From: Macrostomum lignano
Lineage: Eukaryota
NCBI GenBank assembly: GCA_002269645.1
Contig: NIVC01002923.1
Location: forward strand, 7,933 to 71,932
Length of the DNA stretch: 64,000 bases
Reading direction: 5' to 3'
The notes below the pieces were generated by a model. It worked only from the letters and a program-made list of their open reading frames with translations. It searched no databases and was not told where the DNA came from. The translations under genes were made by a program, and so were the position numbers. This document shows positions 1-13,000 of the stretch, in pieces. Position 1 is the first letter of the stretch, and each line of letters starts with the position of its first letter.

Positions 1-270
1 ATGGGGTACAGACTGAGGGTAGATGGGGTACAGACTGGGGGTAGATGGGGTACAGACTGGGGGTAGATGGGGTACAGACTGGGGGTAGTTGGGGTACAGA
101 CTGGGGGTAGATGGGGTACAGACTGAGGGTAGTTGGGGTACAGACTGGGGGTAGATGGGGTACAGACTGGGGGTAGTTGGGGTACAGACTGGGGGTAGAT
201 GGGGTACAGACAGACTGGGGGTAGATGGGGTACAGATTGGGATAAATGGGGTACAGACTGAGGGTAGATG
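1..270. repeat. 22-bp G-rich minisatellite (GGGGTAGATGGGGTACAGACTG)n, truncated by the window start
   Basis: Direct tandem copies visible from base 1. Confidence 0.95.
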
Positions 271-1050
271 GGGGATGAGAATTGAATGTAATTATAAAAA
301 TAAATAAAAGGCATAAAAAGACGCAGAGCTTTAGTGCAATAGCTATATAGAAGTATAAAAAGTGGCATATCTCTAATTATAAACTTCAGCCCAATGAATA
401 AGACACATTTATTGAGACAGAGCAACAGTGTATCGCAGTGCAATAAAAACCTACTGAAAGGAATCGAGGGGCAAAATAAAAAATAGATAATAATGTTGAA
501 AATACAAATTAGGGTTATTGAAGCCGATTCAAAGTGGGCCTGAAAAATAGGAAAAAATGGTTTCTATAAAAATAGGATACAACAGCATCCATACGATATG
601 ACTATCAAAATTTCGATCATGTTAACACAGCCTTAGTTGCAATGTGACAGAAAAGCTAGTTTTAATCAATTATAAGCCTTTAATAGCATGCATGTAGCCT
701 ATCAAAGATAGAGATTATATTAAATTAAATCGACATAATCCCCGGAGCGCAACAACGAAGTACGAGCGTAATGTACGTTTGCTGTGTCCTGACTAAGGTA
801 AAAAACCAGTGTTTTTACTAATAGTAGAGTATTGAATACATTTTAAGCATTTTTCTTATATTTCTACAATTAGTAGAAAGTCTATGAGAGCTCATTATAT
901 AAATTTCATACGTGTAATATTTGGCTATTTTGCTATTTATACTGTATGTAAAGCGCCACAACGAGAATTTCGCGGCGATTTATCTGTTAGAAGGATTAGT
1001 CTCCTCTAGGCCTAGGCCTTCTCTAGGCACAATTTAGTCACGCGATACTA

Positions 1051-4000
1051 CTAGGAAGCCAAAGCACCGGCCCGGTCGGCCAGCCGGCGCTGCTCTGACT
1101 CGGCCAGCTCAGCGCAGCAAACGGCTCCGTAGCCGTCTCTAAAGTACACCCGACCAGGAAGCGAGTCCGGCTCGCAATAGAAACTGTGCGGACCGGCGCC
1201 AAGGCCAGGCAGGAAGCTGAGCAGCTGGCCGGACCAATTAAACAGGTACAGCACCTCCTGGCGGAGCGGCTGCTCATCCGATGCGGCGTCCGATTCGGCG
1301 TCGGCATTGCCGAACACCTGGGCTAGGGGAGCGGCGCACACTAGCAAGCCGACATTCGGCACGCATCTGGCTTCGCGCGCCTGGCCGGGGACAGCGGCAG
1401 CGCAGACAACTCGAACTCGATGACCTGCCTCATCGTTAGCAGGCGTATCTAACACGTATACGTTGCCTTGAACTGACAGGACGGTGCGGAATCCGCTGCC
1501 ATTGGCTAATGGCTGCTCCTCCAGGGTGCGGTAGCAGCGAATCTCACTCTGGGCCTGCAGGGTCTGGCCAGCCTGCCAGTTCAGTGCGTGTACGTTTGGC
1601 ACCTGGCCATGGCAAGGGTGGGGAATTTCTTATATAAGCTGTGCGATTACTAATTACTTATTAATGAGCACATCGCACTGGAAAAACAGCTCTATAGACC
1701 TCTAGTTAATCTCTATAGGCGACAAGCTAATCTCTATAGGCGACAAGCTAATCTCTATAGGCGACAAGCTAATCTCTATAGGCGATATGCTAATCTCTAT
1801 AAGCGACAAGCTAATCTCCATAGGCGAGAAGCTAATCTCTATAGGCGACAAGCTAATCTCTATAGGCGACGAGCTAATTTCTATAGGCAACGAGCTAATT
1901 TCTATAGGCGAGAAGCTAATATTCATAGGTGACAAGCCAATCTCCATAGGCGACAAGCTAAGAATCACACTGCAATAATCTAAATGTTATATTCATTGTT
2001 AATCTGATTCTATCTTAAGGTAATTGCTACAAATAAAGACTACTCTAGCTCGAGGTCACTCAGCTCCAGACTACTCAAGCTAAACAAAACTAAGACAGCC
2101 GACGCCCACGCACCGAAGGCACTCGAAATCCATAGAGATCATCTCCAACAGCCTGGTTGCCGCACAGTTCAACAAAATTTCGACAGTCGTCAGCTATGGG
2201 CACGGCATCGAATGTGTCGGGATTCAGCAGAGCCAGCCGATCCGGCAAGAACACAGCCAGAAGGCGACCGCAGTCAGTCAGCCACTGGATGCCCAGAATG
2301 ATGCGAGAATAAGCTAGATTATTGCTAGTAGGAATTTCGTCTTCTGAAGCCGCCGCTGCGTCCACTTTAGCGACGTCTGTCTTCGTGTCCTCGTCGCTGC
2401 CATCTTCGTGTCCACTCTCAGGCGACCAGGTGCAGCGAACCAGTCTGGTAATATCCGGCGTACGCAACAGATCCAAGCCTTCAACGGAGAACAATGCGTT
2501 GCCTACAATAGCGTGGCCAAACAGCGCCCAGCAGCCGATGCTCCAAGCCTCATCTAGAGCTTGGCGCCTAGACAAAATTTCAGCCTGCCGTTTTACAACG
2601 GCATCCTCGCCAAGGTAGGGACTGGAGAACAGGCGAAGGCCGTCAGAGCTGCAAGCTGTCACAAAGCAGCGCTGGGATTCGTGATGCCGAACGGCCAAAT
2701 CCGATTTAAGGAATCTGCGCCTGCCAGCTCTGGGCATGAACGATGTCGAAAGGGATATTGAAGCGCCAAAGAAATTACTGAGAGACTGATGCCATGAAGC
2801 GCTGCATAGTGTCGGATTCTCCGGTGTCATCAAAGCGACGTGCTCGCGCTCGGAGCTGGCAACGAACAGGCGCGGCCTGCACCCAGTTGAATCCTCATCG
2901 GTGCACCTGACGTACACGTGACAGGTGGCTAGGATTGAATCCACTTGAGAATTGATATACGCTTTAGACCGGTCACATGGACAGCTGTGATGGTAGTGCA
3001 GAATAAAGCCGCTCTGCACAGTGCTGACATCTAGCAGAACTGTCAGCTCCTGCTGCCCGCTGTACACGTAATCGTCCAGGCGCGGACGGCGACGGCCTCC
3101 GCCGGCTTGCCGACCTTTGGATCCTGGCGAACAGGTGGGATTTATAATCTAAATATCTAATTTATAACAATATAAAACTTGTAACAAGACTGAGAAAAAG
3201 ACATGCATAGGCAAGATAGACATTCTGATACAGGTATGTGCACAAAGGTAAACCTGTGGTTGACAATTCGGCACCTGGCCATTGCAAGACAAAATTAATA
3301 TAAACATATTGATAGAAATATAGACAGAAATATCTGTAGAGTAAGGCACACCTAGACAGACAGGTGGACAAATATAGTTAGACAGACACAAGTTGACAGA
3401 CATAGGTGGACACAGACGTAGTCAGACACAGCGAGACAGACAAACAGCTAGATAGACACAACTAGACGGACACAGCTAGACAGACACAGCTGAACACTGA
3501 ACAGACACACAGCTAGACAGGCACACAGTTAGACAGACACACAGCTAGACAGACACAAAGCTGCATGGACAGGCACACAGCTAGACAGGCACACAGCTAG
3601 ACAGGCACACAGCTAGACAGGCACACAGCTAGACAGGCACACAGCTAGACAGGCACACAGCTAGACAGGCACACAGTTAGACAGACACAGCTGAACACTG
3701 AACAGACACACAGCTAGACAGGCACACAGTTAGACAGACACACAGCTAGACAGACACACAGCTGGACAGACACACAACTGGACAGGCACACAGCTAGACA
3801 GACACACAGCTAGACAGACACAAAGCTGCATGGACAGGCACACAGCTAGACAGACACACAGCTGGACAGGCACACAGCTAGACAGGCACACAGCTAGACA
3901 GGCACACAGCTAGACAGGCACACAGCTGGACAGGCACACAGCTAGACAGACACACAGCTAGACAGGCACACAGCTAGACAGGCACACAGCTAGACAGGCA

Positions 4001-7000
4001 CACAGCTAGACAGGCACACAGCTAGACAGGCACACAGCTGGACAGGCACACAGCTAGACAGGCACACAGCTAGACAGGCACACAGCTGGACAGGCACACA
4101 GCTAGACAGACACACAGCTAGACAGGCACACAGCTAGACAGGCACACAGCTAGACAGGCACACAGCTAGACAGGCACACAGCTGGACAGGCACACTTAGA
4201 CAAGCATCCGATCCCATAGAAAGACAAATTCCAGGCACAGACAGGCAAATTCAGAGACAGACATGCAGGCAGATAAGAGATTCAGACTAGCAATTCGTGT
4301 TCAAAATTGCTCATAAACACAAACGAATTGCACTAACCTTCCTTCTTATGCCGCTGCAGTGCAGCGTGATAATCTCTAATTTTAAGCACCAGCTCACTGG
4401 CAGTTAAAATAGCCTGCCGATGGTACAGAGTGGACAAAGCTTTCTCGGCCGCATCCCACAGGTGCGGATTAGCTGAGAATAGTTCAGCCGCCTTCTTTGA
4501 GCCCTTAAACAGGCGAGGAGACCGTTTGCGAAGCAATTCAAGATTCTCTTTAAACAGGTGACGCCTAATCAGTTTAATAGGCGACTCGCGCCAGACCTCG
4601 CCGCTGTCGCTAACAGAGTAGAGCGTATCGAGCCGGCAGCCGTGCTTTAATCTGGCATAGCCCGAATAGCAGTAGGTGAATTCGCGACCGCAGGGCGCCC
4701 GCAGCACCAGCTGCCTGGGCTCGTCCGATTCCAGACGTTTTGACTGAAAAAAACCGCATTGGATTATATATCTAGGTATTATGTAAGGTAATGCATTAAT
4801 TGCAGTTTCTAGCCTATTCTAGCCTAGCCTATTGGTTGCATATCCCATAGCAATCAAAATCATGAGCCTGTCATATACCATAACAACAAGAATCATTAGC
4901 CCGTCCAGTTCCATAGCAACCAGAACCACCAGTCACTCATATCCCATAGAAACCAGAATCTCTAGCCTGTCCTGTGCCATAGCAACCAGAATCTCTAGCC
5001 TGTCCTGTGCCATAGCAACCAGAAGAAACAGCCAGTCCTGTCCCACAGCAACCAGAATCACCAGCTAGTCCTGTCCTAGGGTGACACTGTTCAGTCCAGC
5101 TCATTACCTTGCTGCAATCAGCGCCCACCGGTGGCTCCAACCAGCATGGCGAATCGCTGCTGCCGCCACCGCCGCCGCCGTAGCCCTTCAACAACAGTCG
5201 GCCAGTCAGGGGTTCCAGACGAATCCTGGGCACCCTGGGGGCCAGCAGTTGCACATCGCCAGTCAGGTAGCCTTCAGAGTCCAGACGCAGATTAAGCGAC
5301 TCGCTGCAATCGTCCCCAACCAGCCAGGCAAACTGCTGAGTCTCCTCTGATTCGCGAACAGCCGTAGGCAGCAGAGGAGCAGACAGACTGCGCCGCCAAG
5401 CCAATCGCATCGGAGACGGCAGGCGGCCGTGGAAGCTAATCTGGTCTAGCAGCGGCTGCCAGAGCTGAGCTGCCAGCTGGCTGACGTCGAGTCCAGGCTG
5501 CGGCTCGTTGAACTGATCATTCTCCTCTCGGCCAATCAGAGGCGCCAGCGATCGCAGCAGCCATATGGCGTCGCGAGCGTAGTCGATGGCGGCCCGGCGC
5601 TCGCCTAGGACTGCGTGCAGCATCGACTGGTAGATGCTGGTGAGGTTGGTGAACTCGTGCAGCCTGTCCAGGTGGACAAGGGTCTCCCGGCACCAGTCAG
5701 TCTGGCAGTTGTGGGTAATAAAGTAATTTTGGTTTTTTTCTCTGTATTGCTTCTCGATTCTAAAAAGCCATTGTGTGACCCAACCTGGCTAGTTTCCTAT
5801 CTAAAGCTATTGCGTGACCCACCCTGGCTAGTTTCCTATCTAAAGCTATTGCGTGACCCACACTGGCTAGTTTCCTATCTAAAGCCATTGTGTGACCCAG
5901 CCTGGCTAGTTTCCTATCTAAAGCCATTGTGTGACCCACCCTGGCTAGTTTCCTATCTAAAGCCATTGTGTGACCCACCCTGGCTAGTTTCCTATCTAAA
6001 AAGTCATTGTGTGACCCACCCTGGCTAGTTCCCAATCTAAAAAGCCATTGTGTGACCCACCCTGGCTAGTTTCCTATCTAAAGCCATTGTGGGACCCCCT
6101 CGACATTCACAATCTCTAAAGCCATTGTAATCCCGGATATTTCCGAATCTCTAAAAGCCACTATTTATGTGAACATTTTAATGCTATAATGCTCTATTTA
6201 AAAACACTCACGCCATCACCGCAGTGAACGAATACAAGCGAAATAAGGGCACGCAGGCCGCACTCTATCGGCGCAGTCGGTTGCTGAGGCGGCCGCTCCT
6301 CGCGTTGCTGTTGCTGCTCCTGCTGGCTGACCCCGGCGCCCGACTGCTCAATCGAAGCGGCGTAGCTATCCGCATCCACCTGGCCGTCGGACAGGTTGCC
6401 GAGCTGAATAGCCGCCTGAATGGCCTCAGTGTCAATAAACGGTGCCCAAGCTGGCTCACTCGGTCCAGGCTCCGGTTTCCAGGCGAATCTCTGTGTAAAT
6501 ACTCGCAGCCAGCGTTGCCTAGCAACGGCCCCACACCCGGTTTTGAATTGGCCTTCGTCGAATACGGTGGCGCACAATGCCAATTGTTGGAAGTGGGCGC
6601 CAATGCGGATTAGGCGATCGTCAGCCGGCTCAAAGCTCAGGGAGTCGGACAGCGCGCCAGCAGCCATGAGTTCGCGAAGGGCCATCAAATAGAAAGATGC
6701 GGCATCCTGCGGCATGTCCACCTGGCGATTTCAGGCATATTTTTATTGGTTAAAATTGCAGATTAACTGCTGTAGAGGGTTCTTTGGCCTAGTGACATCA
6801 TGTCCTTTGGCTACTAACCTGTCACCCAGTCGCTATTGAGATGTCCTCTAGGTCCAGTGACTACTAGCCTGTCTTCTAGTCGCTACTAACCAGTCTTCTA
6901 GTGGCTACTAACCAGTCTTCTAGTGGCTACTAACCAGTCTTCTAGTCGCTACTAACCAGTCTTCTAGTCGCTACTAACCAGTCTTCTAGTCGCTACTAAC

Positions 7001-8746
7001 CAGTCTTCTAGTGGCTACTAACCAGTCTTCTAGTCGCTACTAACCAGTCTTCTAGTCGCTACTAACCAGTCTTCTGGTCGCTACTAGCCAGTCTTCTAGT
7101 CGCTACTAGCCTGTCTTCTAGTGGCTACTAAGCCGTTTCTGGTGGCTACTAACCTGTATTCCACTGATTCCACTGGCTATTAACTTGTCTTCCAGTGGCT
7201 AAAAACTTTTAAAGTGACTACTAACCTGTCTTCCATTAGCTACTAACCTGTCTTCCATTAGCTACTCACCTGTCTTCCATTAGCTACTAACCTGTCTTCC
7301 ATTAGCTACTAACCTGTCTTCCATTAGCTACTCACCTGTCTTCCATTAGCTACTAACCTGTCTTCCATTAGCTACTAACCTGTCTTCCATTAGCTACTAA
7401 AATGTCTTAAAGAGGCTATTAACGTGTCTTCCGGGGGCTACTAACCTGTGGTCCACTAGATACTGTCTTACAGCAGCTACCAATCAGCCCTATTGCACCT
7501 CACATGAGTAACTCACCATAGCATACATTCTAGCAACCTCATTCAGCATAGAGGCTCGATCAATACCAGGCCCTAACAAGTCTGAAGTGGCTAGGAACGC
7601 TGAGCAGGCCTCGTCAACAAGGCCTCTAGCCCATAAACAATAGGGCAAGGCGTGCTTTCCGTAGTGATTCGCCAGCTCGTGACAAACACCTTCTGATCGG
7701 ATGCACCTGCGGCGCCAGTTAAACTCCAGAGCAGCCAGACAGGCCAGCGAGGCTATTGGAAAGCAAGAAAATGCAAGCTTCAACACGTAGTTACTGGTGC
7801 AATAAAACCGCGGCTGATGAAAAATAGGCAGGTAGCGGCAGGTGTCGCCGCGCGAGCTCCAAGCCCGCAGCAGGGCCGGCATACGGTATGCCTCGGCTGC
7901 ATAGGCGCCCTGCGAGTGAACCACTGTTTCATGCTGACAATTGTAATGCGAGGCGCTGTACAGAGAGCGGGACAGGAAAATCTCTTCTGCATTACGACCA
8001 CAGTGACTGCGCAACGCCTGCGCTACGTCAACGTTGCGCATTTGCATCACTTGATTGAGATCCTGGGCCCGTTCGCGCCACCACTGGCGAGTCAGCTCGC
8101 GCAGCCGACGGAGCAGACGCTCTCGTTGAAGTCGGCGAAGCAGCGGCCGCGGCAGCTGAACTGGCCGCTTCTGACCAGGCCGATTGCTAAGCCGCTGCAG
8201 GCAGAGGTCCATCAGAGACAGCGGCGACCACAGGCCGGCCCTGGTCTGCCTGACGTGCAGAAACTTTACAGTCAGGCTTGGCTTCGGCGGCGCCGAGTCG
8301 ACATCGCTGTACGTCACGTGACCAGACCGGACAGAAGCGTCGACGCCATCCGACAATTCGCTGCCAGCCGCCATTCGGCGATGCTTTTTCTGTCGACGGC
8401 TCAGCTTTCTCGGCCGGCCGTCATCTTCGAACAAGTACCAGATGTCGTCGTCATCGGAAATGTCGGTAGCAGGTGGGGCATCACCTGGTTGATTGTCTTC
8501 CTCATCGGCATCGATACAGTCGGCAGCATCCTCCTCTCCTTGGCTGGCATCGCAGTCGTCAGCCTGCGAATCAGCCGCGGACACGGCCGCCTCCGCCTGC
8601 TGCGACAGCACGCGCATCAGCTTGCGCCCGCCGGCGCGATCTAAATTGGCGTAGAATGAAACCAGATATTGCACATCCGCATCTTCCTCATTATCATCAT
8701 TAGCTACTGCGGTGACAGCAGCCAGGGCATCCGGCTGCTGCGACAT
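1051..8746 (-). CDS. Uncharacterised 6-exon protein of about 1433 aa with an acidic N-terminus, a BC-box/SOCS-box-like motif, a helical middle and a possibly beta-rich C-terminus
   Basis: Exons 8746-7517, 6721-6212, 5701-5108, 4743-4338, 3123-2114 and 1602-1051. All introns are GT..AG with matching phases (0,0,0,1,0), giving 4302 nt with no internal stop and TAG at 1051-1053. Exons are GC-rich. An acceptor (TTGCAG|AGAAATG) at 8751-8752 implies a further 5' exon. The exon model is well supported; the function is not recognised. Confidence 0.85.
1700..1965. repeat. 21-bp minisatellite (CTATAGGCGACAAGCTAATCT)n in intron 5
   Basis: About 12 tandem units; explains the repetitive ORFs 1702-1968 and 1787-1978. 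Confidence 0.95.
3335..4200. repeat. 16-bp minisatellite (GACAGGCACACAGCTA)n in intron 4
   Basis: Long tandem array with degenerate ends. Confidence 0.95.
4850..5070. repeat. Degenerate 33-bp repeat (CCATAGCAACCAGAATC...) in intron 3
   Basis: Recurrent CATAGCAACCAGAA motif with two near-exact 33-bp units. Confidence 0.7.
5760..6130. repeat. 39-bp minisatellite in intron 2
   Basis: About 8-9 copies of AAAGCCATTGTGTGACCCACCCTGGCTAGTTTCCTATCT. Confidence 0.95.
6865..7445. repeat. 22-bp minisatellite (CTACTAACCAGTCTTCTAGTCG, switching to CTACTAACCTGTCTTCCATTAG) in intron 1
   Basis: Tandem copies in two homogeneous sub-blocks. Confidence 0.95.
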
Positions 8747-9401
8747 TTCTCTGCAACAGAGAATAGAGTTCTTGATATTGTTGCGTAGGCTTTGTATTTA
8801 TGTTTCGTTGTTAGTTATAGTTGTAGGTCTCATTTTAGTATATCGAAGATATGTACGTCTCCGGGCCCCGCCCCCCATTATCGCTTAGTGTACATGCAAT
8901 CTCAGCCCCACCCCAATCTTTCGTGTGTCATTTAGCAGTTAAATATAAAAGGAACGATGGCTTGAATTTGTTCGTGAGAGTGCGTTGTGGCAATAGTCAA
9001 AAACCTGCCAAGAGTTTGAGCAAAAGTTATTTGTCTTGAGAACAGATATGTGTAACCAAAGCTTAAATGCATGATCTTATATCTGAATAAACAGCTCTTA
9101 TAATAGATTAGAAACAAAAAGTGAATTAAGCTTGACTTTAGCTGGGTCAGACTAATGTCTTGGGCTATCTTAAATTTTCCTAAACTTAGGTCTTTCATAC
9201 CTAAAAATAAATAAACTGCTAAATCCTTTATAGGATTGCTCCACTTTAAACTAATTATTTTCAATTTTGATATCAACAATCTTCAACTATTTTGATGCAC
9301 CAGCATAAAATTTTGAATCCTAAAGTTAATCCTAAATTGCACTGTACACTGTCTACATGATATGATTTACTTTAAACTTGACAATTCTTCATTGACTTAT
9401 T

Positions 9402-9972
9402 TCTCTATCTAAATATAAAGTCTCAACTCTGTAACTCAATCAGGAATGAAACTGTTAGACAGTTTCTAATCTCTCCTTTCTCCTCTTTCATCTCTACTCT
9501 TTTATCTTTTCTTTCTTCTCCCTTCTCTATCTTCTATAATTTATTTTACATTCTCTCTCCTTTTCTCTTTTTCTCTTATCTCTTCTCTTTTATATTTTAT
9601 CTTATCTCCTTTCAACTCTTATCTAGTTTGTAGCCATGAGCTGGATTCTTTATCTGGCCCTTGGAGATAAAAGTCTGCCAGTGCCAACTGCTGCTTCAAA
9701 AGCCAGTTCTGGGACATAGTACTCATGGGCCATTCCAAGGGTCATTAGCTAACTGCTTTGATCACATAATCTTTCTGGCCAATTTTGAATCCTAAGAAGA
9801 ATTTGTATATCTAAAGCTCAATTGTAGCCTATTACTCGAAAAAGCATTTGAATGCCAGATTTGAATGCCAGAAAGATGCAATGTGAGCATTATTCACTTA
9901 CAATTGATGAGTGGACTGCAATTAACAATAGGCGCTTCATGCATATCAATATTCACACAACTGATAAGCAAG
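9402..9972 (+). repeat. Near-identical duplicate of 17332-17901, including a fragment of degenerate hAT transposase
   Basis: Both copies run from TCTCTATCTAAATATAAAG to CTGATAAGCAAG, with about a dozen differences by eye. Confidence 0.9.
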
Positions 9973-10018
9973 CCCAGGCCAGTCTTTTTTCCAGTAAATT
10001 TCGAATTCCTACTACGCT

Positions 10019-13000
10019 ATGAATCCCTACCTAAGTAATCCCTACCTAAGTTATCCCAATCCCTATCTTTATCCATATCCCTATCCCTATCCTTATCCAT
10101 TTGCCAGTCTATTTTATCCCCCACCCCCATCTACTTGGATGCCTTATCCCAACCCGTTACCCACACCCCATGCTCCCACCGGCAACCTGGCCAATGCAGC
10201 AACAGCAGCAACAGCAAGAGGACCCGCCGGCCTTTACAGCCGACCTGGAGAAGCTTCTCCAGCCCCTACTAGGCGCCGCGTCTTCGTCGCGGGGGGGGGG
10301 GGAGGTGTCCCTATGGGATATCAAAGAGCGCCTAAACCTTGGACACCCTGTGTCCCATCGGCTAGAAGAAGTTTGTGTCAACGGAAGCTGCAGCCCGCCG
10401 ATGGCTTCCCGGCGGTCAAGGGTGGCAGTTGGGCCCACCACCTTCCCAAGCTGCGCTTATTCAGGGCCGGCAACATTGAAACCAACCCAGGACCCCCCGT
10501 CACACTATGGCAAGGCCTGCTGCGGCAAGCCGCTCCGTGACAGGGCGCTGGTCTGTCGGCAATGCAACCGCGGTTTTCATCTCCAAAGAATCTGCTCTGG
10601 GTTGAGCCGTTGGGCCTCGGACCGCGCCGTGCGCGAGAACACCTGGACTTGTTCCGACTGCTCACGTGGGCCAGTCTCATCCCCGGAGCCACCGGGACAA
10701 GACACCGAGGCCACTGCTCAGCAAGGCACTCCTGTCCAGGCGGAGTCACCGGCCGAGGATCGGAGACTCACCCTGCTTGCGAGGATCAAAGAAGAAAAGC
10801 CTAACTGCGCCAAGTGCAAGAAGACCATCCTGGTGTCGACGGTGATTGCCTGCTGTAACACCTGTGAGGCCTTTTTCCACAATGCATGCACCGAAGCCAC
10901 CAGAGAACAGATTAAGCAAGAAGTCCGCAGGGGCCGCTGGCGGTGTCGTTTCTGTACCGAAGCCCTCACTACCAGTGGAGCTACGCATTCCTCGCCAGAA
11001 GCCGACCCCACGGCCCACAACGAAACGCACCGCGGACGGAAAGAAGGACCTGCCAATAACAAGGGCCTCAAGGTCCTGCAATGGAATGCGGACGGCATCC
11101 GAAACAAAATGGGAGAACTGGAGGAGCTGGTCCAACGCCTCAAAGTTGATGTTGTCATGATCCAAGAATCTAAGCTTGACTAAGTCTCCCGCACGCCAAA
11201 GATCCCCGGCTTTACCACCGTGAGAAAAGACCGACGAACGCTACGTTCCAGCGAGACGTACAAGGGAGGAGGTCTCCTCACGCTCATCCGCCAAGAAATC
11301 CCCTTCCGGCGGCTCAAAGGCTGGAGTGGAGCATACATGCGCAACAGTCGGCCGATCGGGCCGACCGATTTGGCGGCCAACCAAGGAAGTCGCAAAAATG
11401 CCCACCCGAAAAAACACCAAGTAGTAGTACTAAGTAGCTGACGAGGCATTTTGGCTTTATAAGACTGTTAAGTTACTCCTGCCGTTTACCCAAAGTTGCG
11501 TTAATTTTGCTTTCGGGTTTTTTACATGTAAGTCGCATTTTTGGCCAAAAACTACGTCGCATTTTTGTTAAAACTAAGTCGCACGGCCGACCGAATTTTG
11601 GAGGTTGCGCATGTATGGAGTGGAGGCACGGTGGAAGGCTGCCGCATCGTGATCAACCTTAGTGTCAAAAAGCGTCTCGTGCTCACTAACATTTACCGGC
11701 CGCCCATCAGGCGCAATGCTGGCGCCGACTGCCGGGAGCACCCGGACATCGATCTCTGGCTGAAGCCGCACCAGCGCGAGATTATTGCTGGCGACTTTAA
11801 TCTCCATCACACGACCTGGGGTAGTCTGCCTGGCCAGGGGCCCGAGGGCGCCGAACAAGCCAAAGCCCTGCTGGAGTGGTGTGACAGTAGTGGGTATTGT
11901 GTCCTCAACTCGGGCTCCCTCACCTGTCTCGATCGCCGCGACGGTCTCGATCGCCGCGATGGTGGAGAGAGTGCCCCCGACATCAGCCTCGCTAGCGCCG
12001 GCCTCGACGACCTCTGCTCGTGATAGGCCCTTGACGAACTGGGCTCTGACCACAAACCCATTCTCATCACTGTGGATAGCGACCGCGCTAGCACCGACCA
12101 GAAGATTTGTCTCACCTGGGCCTGGCAGAAAGCTGACTGGAACAGCTACCAGGCCCAGCTCGAAGACGATAGCATTGGGCTCAACAAAGGCACTGTCAAG
12201 CAGCAAATCCAATGCCTCTGCTTTCGTATGAGTAAGGCGGCCAAAGCTTGCATTCTTCAGACTGCAGGCCTTCTTCAGACACCTGCTGGACTCGTGGCTC
12301 ACAGCCTGGCTCACGGTCTTTAATCGGTGCTGGTCCCTAGGGCACTGCCCGGAAGTCTGGAAGAAGGCGGTGATCGTCCCACTTTTGAAAAAGGGCAAAG
12401 ACCCAGCCAACTGCAGCAGCTTCCGGCCTGTTAGTCTCACTTCCATCTGTGTTCAAATCATGGAGCGCATTGTGATGGACCGGCTCATGCACTGGATCGA
12501 ACTCAACAACACGCTGCAACCGTGGCAAGCTGGTTTTCAGAGAGGGCATAGCTGCGAAGAACAAGTGGCGCGTCTGGTCCAGGAAATCCAAGACCTCCTT
12601 GCCCGTATCATGGATGAGGGAGTCCCGGGTCGCATGGTGCACTGGTCTGCCAGCTTCCTGGAGGGGCGCCAGATTGCCGTCCGCGTGGGCGACACGATCG
12701 GCAAATGGAAGCCGCTTAAGGAGGGGGTGCCGCAGGGGGCAGTGTGCTCGCCGGTGCTCTTCCTCCTGTACATTAACGACTGGGCAGACTCCCTGGTCCC
12801 AGATGTCAACTACGCCGGCTTTGCTGACGACCTGGGCGTCTGGGCCTTGGGCAGCAACACCCAGCAGATTGCGGAGCGCCTTCAACTGGCCATCGATCGC
12901 ATCGACGCCTGGGCCACAGATCTCCGTATCGATCTCAATCCCCTCAAAATTGAATGCTGTATCTTCTCGAGAGACCGCAGGGACCGCGACCATACCCTCA

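Noticed and set aside
1-270. G-quadruplex or telomere-like role for the GGGG-rich repeat
   Set aside because: It is not the TTAGGG motif. G4 potential is plausible, but nothing distinguishes it from the other minisatellites.
7817-8644. 275-aa plus-strand ORF
   Set aside because: Antisense to exon 1 of the minus-strand gene, which has coherent splice sites.
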